64,000 nt of DNA from Natronospirales bacterium (GTDB lineage: Bacteria; Pseudomonadota; Gammaproteobacteria; Natronospirales; REEB76), in the NCBI GenBank assembly GCA_021816765.1, contig JAKAXB010000001.1, positions 19,665 through 83,664 on the forward strand, in the 5' to 3' direction. Shown here in pieces: positions 20,621 to 29,310 of this stretch; the stretch's first letter is position 1, and the number at the start of each line of letters is the position of its first letter. Both the position numbers and the translations under genes were made by a program. The notes beneath the pieces were generated by a model. That model was given only the letters and a program-made list of their open reading frames with translations, was not told where the DNA came from and did not search any database.

Positions 20621-21514
20621 ATGTCAATAAAAACCCGGCAACTTACCTTTTTGCTTGCCGGCGCCCTGTTTATGGCGCTGACGGGCTGCAACGGCAGCGG
20701 TTCCAGTTTCACTACCATGAATCTCGCGGTTACGGATACACCGGTGGACGGCGCGCAAAGCGTGGTGGTGGCGTTCACGGGCGTGGATCTGATGGGGCCG
20801 AACGGCCAGCAGAGTTTCCCCTTCAGCACAGAGAAAAAGATTGATCTGCTCCAACAGCAGGGCACCAACAGCGCCTCGTTGCTTGCAGGTGTCACCATCC
20901 CGGCAGGCACTTATCAGTGGATCCGCCTGGATATAGATACCACCAATTCCTACATCATCACATCCACCGGCGCGCAATATCCGCTTACCATCCCGAGCGG
21001 CAGTCAGACGGGTCTCAAGCTGGTAAGCGGCTTCACCGTTGCGCAGGGAAGCTTGGCGGACTTCGTGATTGATTTCAATCTGCGTCAGTCTATTACTCTG
21101 GCCAATACCAATGGCACGCCCACCTATATCCTCAATCCCGCACTGCGTCTTATCAACATGCAGCAGGTGGGCACTGTCAGCGGTACCGTATCCAGCGCCC
21201 TCAGTATCGGCGGTACGCTGATCACTGCCACCAGCTGCAGCCCGGCGGTTTATGTATACCCGGGGACGGTAACCGTCCTGGATGGGTTCAACGTAATCGT
21301 AAGCGGCGGCATCACCCCGCTCACATCGGCCACGGTCAGTCTCAACAATACGACCGGCAGCTACGATTACACGGTGGGATTCCTGGCACCAGGTACCTAC
21401 ACCCTTGCCGCGACCTGTGCCGCCGATGACACAGCTGGCGCCACCAGCTTGGCATTTTCGGCCACCCAGCTTGCCACGGTGACGGCCAATACCACCACGA
21501 CGGTTAATTTCTGA
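20621..21514 (+). CDS. DUF4382 domain lipoprotein
   Basis: GAGGAG RBS, lipobox LTGC, LAVTDTPVDGAQSVVVAFTGV, GTYQWIRL, IPSGSQTGLKL, DFNLRQS. Confidence 0.85.
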   Translation: MSIKTRQLTFLLAGALFMALTGCNGSGSSFTTMNLAVTDTPVDGAQSVVVAFTGVDLMGPNGQQSFPFSTEKKIDLLQQQGTNSASLLAGVTIPAGTYQWIRLDIDTTNSYIITSTGAQYPLTIPSGSQTGLKLVSGFTVAQGSLADFVIDFNLRQSITLANTNGTPTYILNPALRLINMQQVGTVSGTVSSALSIGGTLITATSCSPAVYVYPGTVTVLDGFNVIVSGGITPLTSATVSLNNTTGSYDYTVGFLAPGTYTLAATCAADDTAGATSLAFSATQLATVTANTTTTVNF

Positions 21515-21537
21515 CGGGATGCGATCACCTGTACCCA

Positions 21538-21570
21538 AGCCCCGCCGCTGGTGGCGGGGCTTTTTCTTTG
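21538..21570 (+). terminator. Rho-independent terminator
   Basis: AGCCCCGCCGC-TG-GTGGCGGGGCT followed by TTTTCTTT. Confidence 0.8.
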
Positions 21571-21706
21571 GTGCGGATGCGTGGTTCACATCGAAACGCA
21601 GCCGCTGGTTCCCTGCCGGTCTTGATATGATGCAACCCGTGATTTCGGAGACTTTCAAGCAAGCCGAGAATGCCCGTTCCGAGCCGAAACAACCGGAGCC
21701 TGTTGC

Positions 21707-22132
21707 ATGAATTCCAAGTTGATATTTGTCCCGATGATGGCACTGGTTTTCTGGACATTTATCATCATGCTGTTCATGGCGTACAAGCGCTTCAGCGCGG
21801 GATTCGCCGGGCGGCTGAAGCCGGGCGCCTTCAAAGTGGGTGAATCACTGGAGGTGCCGCGGGATGTGCGTCTGGCAAACCGAAATTTTATCAACCTGTT
21901 CGAGATGCCGGTGCTGTTTTATGCGCTGTGCCTTGCGCTGTACGCAACACACAATGTGACGGAAACGTTGCTGGTGCTGTCCTGGATCTATGTATTATTG
22001 CGGGTGGCGCATTCTGTGATTCATGTCTCTTATAACAAGATTCTTCACCGCTTTTCGATTTACGCCACAAGCAGCTTCGTTCTGCTGGCCATGTGGATTA
22101 TTTTTGCCGTGGCACTGTATCGCCGAACATGA
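21707..22132 (+). CDS. MAPEG family membrane protein
   Basis: NFINLFEMPVLFY, YVLLRVAHS. Confidence 0.85.
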   Translation: MNSKLIFVPMMALVFWTFIIMLFMAYKRFSAGFAGRLKPGAFKVGESLEVPRDVRLANRNFINLFEMPVLFYALCLALYATHNVTETLLVLSWIYVLLRVAHSVIHVSYNKILHRFSIYATSSFVLLAMWIIFAVALYRRT

Positions 22133-22887
22133 CAGGATCGGGCTTCAAAGATCATTTTTCCGGGCATGCGGCCGCCTACGCCGACGCACGACCACGCTAC
22201 CCAAATGAGTTATTCACCTGGCTGGCGACGCTGACCCCGGATCACGATAGGGTTTGGGATTGCGGAACGGGCAACGGTCAGGCGGCGCTGGGACTTGCGG
22301 CACATTACCGGCAGGTGATTGCCACTGACCCGAGCAAAGGGCAGATCGAACATGCTTTTTCACACGAGCGTATCAGTTATCGCGTCGCGCCAGCGGAATC
22401 GCCGGGTCTGGAGCCGCGTTCCGTGGATCTCGTCACGGTGGCTCAGGCGGTCCACTGGTTCGACCGGCCGGCCTTTTACAGGCGGGTGAGAGAAACGCTC
22501 AAGCCGGAGGGGGTCATCGCCGTGTGGTGTTACGGCCTGTGCAGCATTGAACCGATGATTGATGCGGCAGTCCAAGCTTTCTACACCGGTGAAACGAGTT
22601 CTTGCTGGCCGCCGGAACGGGCGCTGATTGACGCGGCTTACCGCAGCATTGAATTTCCGTTCACCGGAATCGAGCCGCCTGCTTTCTCCATGACGCAGCA
22701 TTGGATATTGGCGCAGTTCCTGGCCTATCTGCGCACCTGGTCGGCGGTGCAGAAGTTCATCGGCAGGAACGGCCGTGATCCCGTCGTCGGATTGGGCGAG
22801 TCACTGCGGACAGTCTGGGGCGATCCGCAGCAGGCGCGACAAGTGCGTTGGCTGTTGCACATGCGTGTAGGCCGGATCGCCCGCTGA
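22129..22887 (+). CDS. Class I SAM-dependent methyltransferase
   Basis: FKDHFS..AAAYADARPRYP, WDCGTGNGQ, VAQAVHWFD. Confidence 0.9.
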   Translation: MTGSGFKDHFSGHAAAYADARPRYPNELFTWLATLTPDHDRVWDCGTGNGQAALGLAAHYRQVIATDPSKGQIEHAFSHERISYRVAPAESPGLEPRSVDLVTVAQAVHWFDRPAFYRRVRETLKPEGVIAVWCYGLCSIEPMIDAAVQAFYTGETSSCWPPERALIDAAYRSIEFPFTGIEPPAFSMTQHWILAQFLAYLRTWSAVQKFIGRNGRDPVVGLGESLRTVWGDPQQARQVRWLLHMRVGRIAR

Positions 22888-22964
22888 CCGCGGTCGGATG
22901 GTTGATTCAAGTCATGGCGCCGCGCCACAACGCGGGCGCTCGGTGATTTCCTGCGGAGGACGCT

Positions 22965-23315
22965 GTGAACATGGACAAAAATGACCGGATTCCGCCGCAC
23001 CAGCTGGAGGCCGAGAAGCAGACGATTGCCGTGCACATCTTCACGGTCTCGGCCGGACTGGTAGGTGCATGCCTGACCGTTATCGGACTGTTCCGGGTGA
23101 TCTTCAAGCTCAAGGCCATAGACAGCGTTGCCACACGCTTGCTGGCCATGGATGCCATGGGGTTCATGCTTGCCTGTCTGACTGCCTATCTGGCGTTGCG
23201 CACGGCATCCCGATCGCGCCGCAAGCGCCTGGGGTTGGCTGCTGATCTGATCTTCATCGCCGCGCTGGTGGCCATGGTGCTGATCGGCGCGCTCGTGGCG
23301 TATGAATTGATATGA
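22965..23315 (+). CDS. Small hypothetical membrane protein (3 TM)
   Basis: GGAGGA RBS; IFTVSAGLVGACLTVIGL and two further hydrophobic helices. Confidence 0.7.
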   Translation: MNMDKNDRIPPHQLEAEKQTIAVHIFTVSAGLVGACLTVIGLFRVIFKLKAIDSVATRLLAMDAMGFMLACLTAYLALRTASRSRRKRLGLAADLIFIAALVAMVLIGALVAYELI

Positions 23316-23353
23316 ATACTTGCCTGCATCGCAATTGGCGCGTATCTGCCCAT

Positions 23354-23386
23354 AAAAAAGCGCGGCTCATCTGAGCCGCGCTGCTT
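23354..23386. terminator. Terminator between convergent genes
   Basis: AAAAAAGCGCGGCTC-ATCT-GAGCCGCGCT. Confidence 0.7.
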
Positions 23387-23404
23387 GCAGCCGCAAGGAA
23401 CAGT

Positions 23405-23785
23405 TTACTTTTGCATGCCACCCTCCAGGCATGCGCGCATGAAGGTCTTGCGTTGCTTGCCGGTGAGCTTCTTGCTCCCGGCTTCGGCGTTACAAGCCTT
23501 CATCTTCCCGCGCCGGCTTTCAGTCTTGTTCACGGTGTGTGCCGCCTTGTTCTTGGAGTTTCCCATGTTACCCGTGGGTTTGGTGGTTTTACCCCTGCCC
23601 TTCAGGCATTCACTCATGAATTTTTTGTGCTCCTCGCGCTTCATGCCTTTGGATTGATGGGCGCAGGCCGCGAACTTTTCCTGTTGCGGGGACATGTGCC
23701 TGCCTTCCCGGGCGGAAGCACCCGACGCGGACGCAAAAGCGGCCGCGGCGATGACTATAAATAACGGAACGATTAGTCTCTTCAT
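23405..23785 (-). CDS. PsiF family secreted protein
   Basis: Signal peptide; two repeats QQEKFAAC...FMSECL and KMKACNAEA...RKTFMRACL. Confidence 0.8.
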   Translation of the reverse strand: MKRLIVPLFIVIAAAAFASASGASAREGRHMSPQQEKFAACAHQSKGMKREEHKKFMSECLKGRGKTTKPTGNMGNSKNKAAHTVNKTESRRGKMKACNAEAGSKKLTGKQRKTFMRACLEGGMQK

Positions 23786-23916
23786 GTGAAATCTCCCTGT
23801 AGTTGAATTTACGTTGCATCCCTGTTAGAGCAGAGACAAGGACATTCTATACGAGGATGAAAATACAGCAACCCGGGGGGGGATTAAGTCAAAAGCCCCG
23901 ACTGTCCAAGCTTTTG

Positions 23917-24822
23917 TCAGGGGCGCCGGATAAGGCTTTCAACGGGAATCCGCGCCAACACGGCAGGCTCAGGTTGCAGGGTGGCGTGCTCGATGCCGTA
24001 CTGTTGCAGCAGATGGTCCCGAAGACGACTCAGGACACCCAGCCAGGCGTCCATGTCGTCTATCACCACGTGGGCGGACAGGGAGGCCTCGTTGGAGGAC
24101 AGCGACCAGATGTGCAGGTCATGGATCGAGCGCACGCCTGCGACCCCGGCCATACTATTGCCGACCTCGGCGATATTCATGCCGCGCGGCACACCCTCCA
24201 GCAACACCTGGCCCGCATCCCGCAGCAGCCTGAGGCTTGAGATCAGGATCAGCACGGCGATGAACAGCGACAGTAATGGGTCAATGGCCAGCCAGCCCGT
24301 CAGCCAGATGACCAGGCCGGCGGCGAAAGCGGCCACCGAGCCGAGCATATCACCCAGCACATGCAACAATGCGGCGCGCGTGTTCAGGGATGGCTCACCG
24401 TGCTGTAGAATCTTGTAAACGACAATATTGATTACCAGTCCTATGAATCCCACGAGCATGACAACTTGCGCATCCACCGCAGGCGGATGCCGCAGCCGCG
24501 AAAACGCTTCAAACGTGATGCCGGTCACGACGGCGAACATGAACAGGGTATTGATGAGCGCGGCGATCACTTCCATGCGGCCGAGGCCGTAGGTGTGCCG
24601 CCGCGAAGCTGGTCGTTGGGCAAGCCACGCGGCCAGCGCGGCCAGGGCAAGCGCCGCGCCATCCGTGGCCATATGCCCGGCGTCGCCCAGCAGGGCAAGT
24701 GAGTTGGCCCATAAGCCGGCAACCGCTTCTACAGCGGCGTAACCCAGGGTCAGCACCAGCGCGAACAGGAACGGACGGCTGCTGTGGGGATGAAGATGTT
24801 GCGGATGTGCGTGATCGTACAT
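23917..24822 (-). CDS. Cation diffusion facilitator (CzcD/ZitB-like)
   Basis: SLALLGDAGHMATD, ALLHVLGD, IHDLHIWSL, IEHATLQPE. Confidence 0.93.
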   Translation of the reverse strand: MYDHAHPQHLHPHSSRPFLFALVLTLGYAAVEAVAGLWANSLALLGDAGHMATDGAALALAALAAWLAQRPASRRHTYGLGRMEVIAALINTLFMFAVVTGITFEAFSRLRHPPAVDAQVVMLVGFIGLVINIVVYKILQHGEPSLNTRAALLHVLGDMLGSVAAFAAGLVIWLTGWLAIDPLLSLFIAVLILISSLRLLRDAGQVLLEGVPRGMNIAEVGNSMAGVAGVRSIHDLHIWSLSSNEASLSAHVVIDDMDAWLGVLSRLRDHLLQQYGIEHATLQPEPAVLARIPVESLIRRP

Positions 24823-24833
24823 GGCGGCGTGTG

Positions 24834-25193
24834 TCAGTCCGTTGCGACCGGCAACCCGGAGGCTGTCCAGGCGCTGTAGCCGCCTGCCATGTTGACGACA
24901 TTCTTGAACCCAAGCTCCCGCATGGTCAGGGTGGCGAGCGCCGAACGGCCGCCGCTCTGGTACTGCAGGACGACCTGACAGCCGCGGTCGCAGAGCAGGG
25001 GATGGGAGTCCACGCGGAATTCCAGCAGACCGCGCGGGATATTGATGGCGCCCGGCAAATGACCGGCGGAATATTCCTCCGGCTCGCGTACGTCCACTAT
25101 GAGCACCCGGCCCAAGCGCCTGGAAACGTCTTGGGGCGTGATTTCGCGGATTCCGGTCTTGGCGCTGGCGACCAGTTCGGCGGCGGCGGTCAT
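24834..25193 (-). CDS. Rhodanese-like protein lacking the active-site Cys
   Basis: DVREPEEY..GHLPGAINIPRGLLEF; active loop reads VLQYQSGGRS. Confidence 0.8.
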   Translation of the reverse strand: MTAAAELVASAKTGIREITPQDVSRRLGRVLIVDVREPEEYSAGHLPGAINIPRGLLEFRVDSHPLLCDRGCQVVLQYQSGGRSALATLTMRELGFKNVVNMAGGYSAWTASGLPVATD

Positions 25194-25280
25194 GGGTTCT
25201 TCCTCAGGTTGTCTGCTGCGGAGGGGTGAAACCGCAACGGCAAATAGACTATGCTGTCTTGCACGGAGAAGGAAGCATGC

Positions 25281-26153
25281 ATGGCTCTGCAGACCCGGAC
25301 ATTTTTTCATGAGCCGACGTCCACCTTCTCCTATGTGGTGGCGGATACGGCCGCGCGGCGGGCGGCGATCATAGATCCGGTGCTGGATTACAATGCCGCC
25401 GCGGGTCACACGGCCACCGCCTCGGTGCAGGCCATGGTGACGTATGTGCGCGAATGCAATTTCTCGCTGGAGTGGGTGCTGGAAACCCATGCCCATGCGG
25501 ACCACCTGAGCGCCGCACAGTTCGTCCGGCGCGAGCTGGGCGGGAAGATTGCCCTCGGCGAGGGCATCTGCGCGGTGCAGCGTCATTTCAAATCGCTGTA
25601 TAACCTGGAAGAGGGCTTTATCCCCGACGGCCGCCAGTTTGACCATCTGTTCCGGGACGGGGAGACGTTTCGCATCGGCAAACTGGATGCGCGGGTTATG
25701 GCGACGCCGGGCCACACCAGCGATAGTGTGACCTATGTGATCGGCGAGGCCGCCTTCGTGGGCGACACACTGTTCATGCCGGACAGCGGCACGGCGCGCT
25801 GTGATTTTCCCGGTGGCGATGCCGGCAGGCTGTATGACTCGATCCGCAGGATCCTGTCACTGCCGGAAGCCACGCGGCTCTGCGTATGCCATGACTATGC
25901 CCCTGGCGGTCGCGAGCACCAGAACGAAACCACCGTGGCAGAGCAGAAGCACGCCAATATCCATGTGCATGATGGTGTATCCCGCGAGGAATTCATGAAG
26001 CTGCGTACCGCTCGCGACAAGACCCTGAGCGTGCCGGTATTGCTGCTTCCCGCCATCCAGGTAAACATCCGTGCCGGCGCGCTGCCGGAATGCGAAGGCA
26101 ACGGTATTGCCTATCTCAAGATTCCGCTGAATGCGCCGCTCAGTAAAGAGTGA
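25281..26153 (+). CDS. MBL-fold persulfide dioxygenase (ETHE1/Blh-like)
   Basis: IIDPVLDY, ETHAHADHLS, TPGHT, GDTLFMPDSGTARCDFPGG, CHDY. Confidence 0.88.
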   Translation: MALQTRTFFHEPTSTFSYVVADTAARRAAIIDPVLDYNAAAGHTATASVQAMVTYVRECNFSLEWVLETHAHADHLSAAQFVRRELGGKIALGEGICAVQRHFKSLYNLEEGFIPDGRQFDHLFRDGETFRIGKLDARVMATPGHTSDSVTYVIGEAAFVGDTLFMPDSGTARCDFPGGDAGRLYDSIRRILSLPEATRLCVCHDYAPGGREHQNETTVAEQKHANIHVHDGVSREEFMKLRTARDKTLSVPVLLLPAIQVNIRAGALPECEGNGIAYLKIPLNAPLSKE

Positions 26154-26265
26154 ACCGGTCTATCGGGGCTTTCGCCGTTCACGCTGGTATCAAGAAGATC
26201 CCGTGTTTGGTGAGCCCCTTCCACCGATCCAATTGGTTGCATTTGAAGAACCAAGGAGATATTCC

Positions 26266-26806
26266 AGGAGCGACAAATCGTTTCTCACCGACATCAAGGT
26301 GTTGCATAAACGTACCCGCCGGCACATGGACCAGGGTGCGGTAACCAGGGGCTACCAGGCTGATCGCGAGGCGGTGCTGAAGATTCTCAACACCGTGCTC
26401 GCCACCGAGAGCGTGTGCGTGCTGCGGTACAAGCGCCACCATTACATGGCGAGCGGCATCAACGCACAGAGCGTGGCCGACGAGTTTCTGCAGCACGCCG
26501 ACGAGGAGCAGGGCCACGCCGACCGGATCACACAGCGCATTACCCGGCTTGGCGGCGAGCCGGATTTCAATCCGCAAGGGCTCGCCACGCGTTCGCATTC
26601 CGGGTACTTAAGGAGGGCAAGGATTTGCTTGACATGATCTAAGGAGGATTTGGTCGCCGAGCGCATCGCCATAGATAGCTACCGGGAGATCATCAATTAT
26701 CTCGGCATGCAGGATCCCACCACCCGCTCCATGATGGAGAGGCATTCTCGCCGTGGAGGAGGAACATACCGACGATCTGGTGAATCTGCTGGCAAAGTTT
26801 GGCTGA
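26266..26806 (+). pseudogene. Bacterioferritin/ferritin-like pseudogene
   Basis: LATE.VCVLRYKRH...EEQGHAD...EDLVAERIAIDSY...EEEHTDDL split by frameshifts near 26610, 26640 and 26740. AGG stands where the ATG is expected after the AAGGAG RBS. Confidence 0.85.
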
Positions 26807-26879
26807 GTTTGCCAAACCCGGCCGGATAGTGGGTGGCGGCGGCGGTGGAGGCAGGCGCGATTGATGAGACGCGCTGCTG

Positions 26880-27491
26880 TCAGCGCAAGGCAAACACCTG
26901 CACCACCGCGCCGCGACCCGTATGCAAACGACCTTCGCGTACCTCGCGTTCCGTCTCGTGCGCTATCTCGAAGCGCAGCCCCGCGAGTTCTTCCTTCAGC
27001 GTAGCGAGGCTCACGAGCAGAGCGGATTCTTTCGGTCCGCCGGTTCCCAATTCCAGTTGCCGCGGTGTGTAGGCTTCCAGCACCAGGGCGCCGCCGGGCG
27101 TGAGCCCCGCCACGGCTTCGCGGTACAGGCGCGCGCGCACTAGCGGCGGCAGATGGCAGAAGATGGAGACAATAACCTCCCAGGAGCGGGGTGCGATGGC
27201 GTAGTCGGCGAGATCCGCCTGCACGGTAGTGAGATTCACGCCGCGCTCGGCGGCGAGTGCCCGCGCCTTGGCGAGGCCCACCGTCGAACTGTCCACACCC
27301 GTGACCTCGAATCCCTGCTCAGCGAGGAACACCCCGTTGCGGCCTTCGCCCTCGGCGAGCGACAGTACGCGGCCACGCGGCAGCCGCGCTGCGACCTCGG
27401 CCAAGAAGGCATTGGGCTCGGTACCGTAAGCGTAACCCGGTTCGCTGTAGCGCTGGTCCCAGCGGGTCGCCCCTTCACGGCGTTCGTTCAT
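26880..27491 (-). CDS. Class I SAM-dependent methyltransferase (TehB-like)
   Basis: WDQRY...YGTEPNAFL, LSLAEGEGRN. Confidence 0.88.
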   Translation of the reverse strand: MNERREGATRWDQRYSEPGYAYGTEPNAFLAEVAARLPRGRVLSLAEGEGRNGVFLAEQGFEVTGVDSSTVGLAKARALAAERGVNLTTVQADLADYAIAPRSWEVIVSIFCHLPPLVRARLYREAVAGLTPGGALVLEAYTPRQLELGTGGPKESALLVSLATLKEELAGLRFEIAHETEREVREGRLHTGRGAVVQVFALR

Positions 27492-27554
27492 GTCTCACTC
27501 CGACAATACAGTTGATCGTGCCTGTGCCTGCCTCTCAATGCTATCTCAGCTATC

Positions 27555-27977
27555 TCAGGGAAATTCGCTGTCGTCGTCCTTGCCGGGGGGTACCGGATAC
27601 GGCAGGCGGATGTGACCGTAGCGCACCACCAGCACGGAGAACGCCAGCAGCAGGATGGCCCCTGCCATGGAAAATATCTGCAGCGTGGTCAGATGTCCGG
27701 TATCGAGCATCAAGTAGCGGGCGAGAGCCACCATGGCGATATACAGCGGCATGCGCACCGGCAGCTTGCCCGCCTGCCAGTAGATTTCCACCATGCTGAT
27801 CACCTCGAGGTAGATAAAGAGCAACAGGAGGTCGGTGATATTCACCTGGCGGGCGCTGATCATGCCCCAGACTTCCATTGCTCCCGCCACCACAGTCGCC
27901 GCGAGCACCGCGAACAATCCCAGGTCCTCTATCAGAGGCACCAGTTTCAGGCCCATAGCACGCACTGGATCCCGCAT
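27555..27977 (-). CDS. Phosphate-starvation-inducible PsiE family protein
   Basis: DLLLLFIYLEVISMV...LPVRMPLYIAMVALARY. Confidence 0.85.
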   Translation of the reverse strand: MRDPVRAMGLKLVPLIEDLGLFAVLAATVVAGAMEVWGMISARQVNITDLLLLFIYLEVISMVEIYWQAGKLPVRMPLYIAMVALARYLMLDTGHLTTLQIFSMAGAILLLAFSVLVVRYGHIRLPYPVPPGKDDDSEFP

Positions 27978-28140
27978 GAACGATTCCTCCCTTGTAGACC
28001 GTAAGCCCGCGGGTATAAGGCGCAGTCGTACCGCGCCCCATCCCCTTAACCGGCCAGGCGCAGGATGCCGAGCGCCTTGGGCACGTATTTCTCGTAAAAC
28101 GGCTCGCTGTCGCCGCTGTGCGCCGGATGCGCATGCGGGC

Positions 28141-28527
28141 TTATGCCAGTCGCGCGCGCACTTTTTCCAGCCGCGCGCGCACCTCGCCGGCCAGCTCCTG
28201 AATTCCCGGTTTATCCACCAACCCCAGCACCGCCTTGGGGTCCATGAAGGATACTGTGATGTCACTATCCGCTTCCTCGCGTACCACCACGTTGCAGGGT
28301 AGCAACAGACCGATATCCGGGTCGGCTTGCAACGCACGGTGGGCGAGCGGTGGATTGCAGGCGCCGAGTATGAGATACGGGCGCCACTCCACGCCCAGCT
28401 TCTTTTTGAGCGTCGCCTGCACGTCAATCTCGGTGAGCACACCGAAACCTTCTGTCTGGAGGGCTTCGGTGACGCGTTGCACCGCGTGTCCGAAAGAATC
28501 CTTTATATGCACGTCAAATCCATACAT
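28141..28527 (-). CDS. DUF302 domain protein
   Basis: [19 protein letters not shown]...ILGACNP...[11 protein letters not shown]. Confidence 0.9.
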   Translation of the reverse strand: MYGFDVHIKDSFGHAVQRVTEALQTEGFGVLTEIDVQATLKKKLGVEWRPYLILGACNPPLAHRALQADPDIGLLLPCNVVVREEADSDITVSFMDPKAVLGLVDKPGIQELAGEVRARLEKVRARLA

Positions 28528-28545
28528 GATACGAGCCTCCTGTGT

Positions 28546-29238
28546 TCATCGAGCTCGGGCATAGCGGACGGATCCCGGGCCGGTTTCCACCGGCAATCCG
28601 GCCCGCCGCCATTCGGGCACACTCTCCTCGAGACGGCGTACCCGGTAGTGACGCCGCCGCAGCATGCGCATGGCGTCGAGCGCCAGCAGGCAATACGGGC
28701 CGCGGCAGTACACGACAATTTCGCGTTCCTGCGGAAGCCGTGACATTTCCCGGCGCAACGTATCCAGCGGGATATTCACCGCTCCCGGCAGATGCGCCAC
28801 GGCATATTCTTCCGCGGGCCGTACATCCACGATGACCACTGCGCGACGGGCGGACAGTTTTGCCAGCTCGCCTGCGCTCACGGGGGGCAGCTCATCCTGG
28901 GCGCGCAACTGCTGGTTGACGATCTTTTCCACGCTCGCCAGGCTCGCTTCCGCCACCTTGCCGATGTTGAGCACCAGCGCCGAAACCTCGTCGCTCGCCA
29001 GCCGGTAGATGCGCCGGCGGCCGTCACGGCGTGGGGACACCAGCCCCGCGTGCCTGAGGCGCTGCAAGTGCTGGGAGGTGCTGGCCACCGATAAGCCGAG
29101 TAAGCCGGACAGGGTTTCCACATCGCGGTCACCCTGTGCCAGCAGTTCCAGCAGCGCCAGGCGCGAGCTGTGTGCCAGGGCGTCGGCCACCACCGCGAAC
29201 TGGGCGAAGAGAGTCTGGCGTACTTCCCGTGTTGACAC
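28546..29238 (-). CDS. ArsR/SmtB regulator fused to a rhodanese domain
   Basis: RLALLELL...STSQHLQRLR HTH; DVRPAEEY..AHLPGA and VYCRGPYC. Confidence 0.9.
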   Translation of the reverse strand: MSTREVRQTLFAQFAVVADALAHSSRLALLELLAQGDRDVETLSGLLGLSVASTSQHLQRLRHAGLVSPRRDGRRRIYRLASDEVSALVLNIGKVAEASLASVEKIVNQQLRAQDELPPVSAGELAKLSARRAVVIVDVRPAEEYAVAHLPGAVNIPLDTLRREMSRLPQEREIVVYCRGPYCLLALDAMRMLRRRHYRVRRLEESVPEWRRAGLPVETGPGSVRYARAR

Positions 29239-29254
29239 GTGTCTTCCCGTTGGT

Positions 29255-29282
29255 TAATATTCAATTAATAAGTTGAATATTA
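29255..29282. promoter_or_regulatory. Palindromic operator between the ArsR-rhodanese gene and the efflux operon
   Basis: TAATATTCAA-N8-TTGAATATTA, perfect 10-bp arms. Confidence 0.8.
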
Positions 29283-29310
29283 GATTATTATCCAAACCGG
29301 GTCAATACCT

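Noticed and set aside
26630-26650. Stop in the ferritin-like gene as possible recoding or programmed frameshift
   Set aside because: The stop is TAA and comes with other indels and a lost start, which fits decay.
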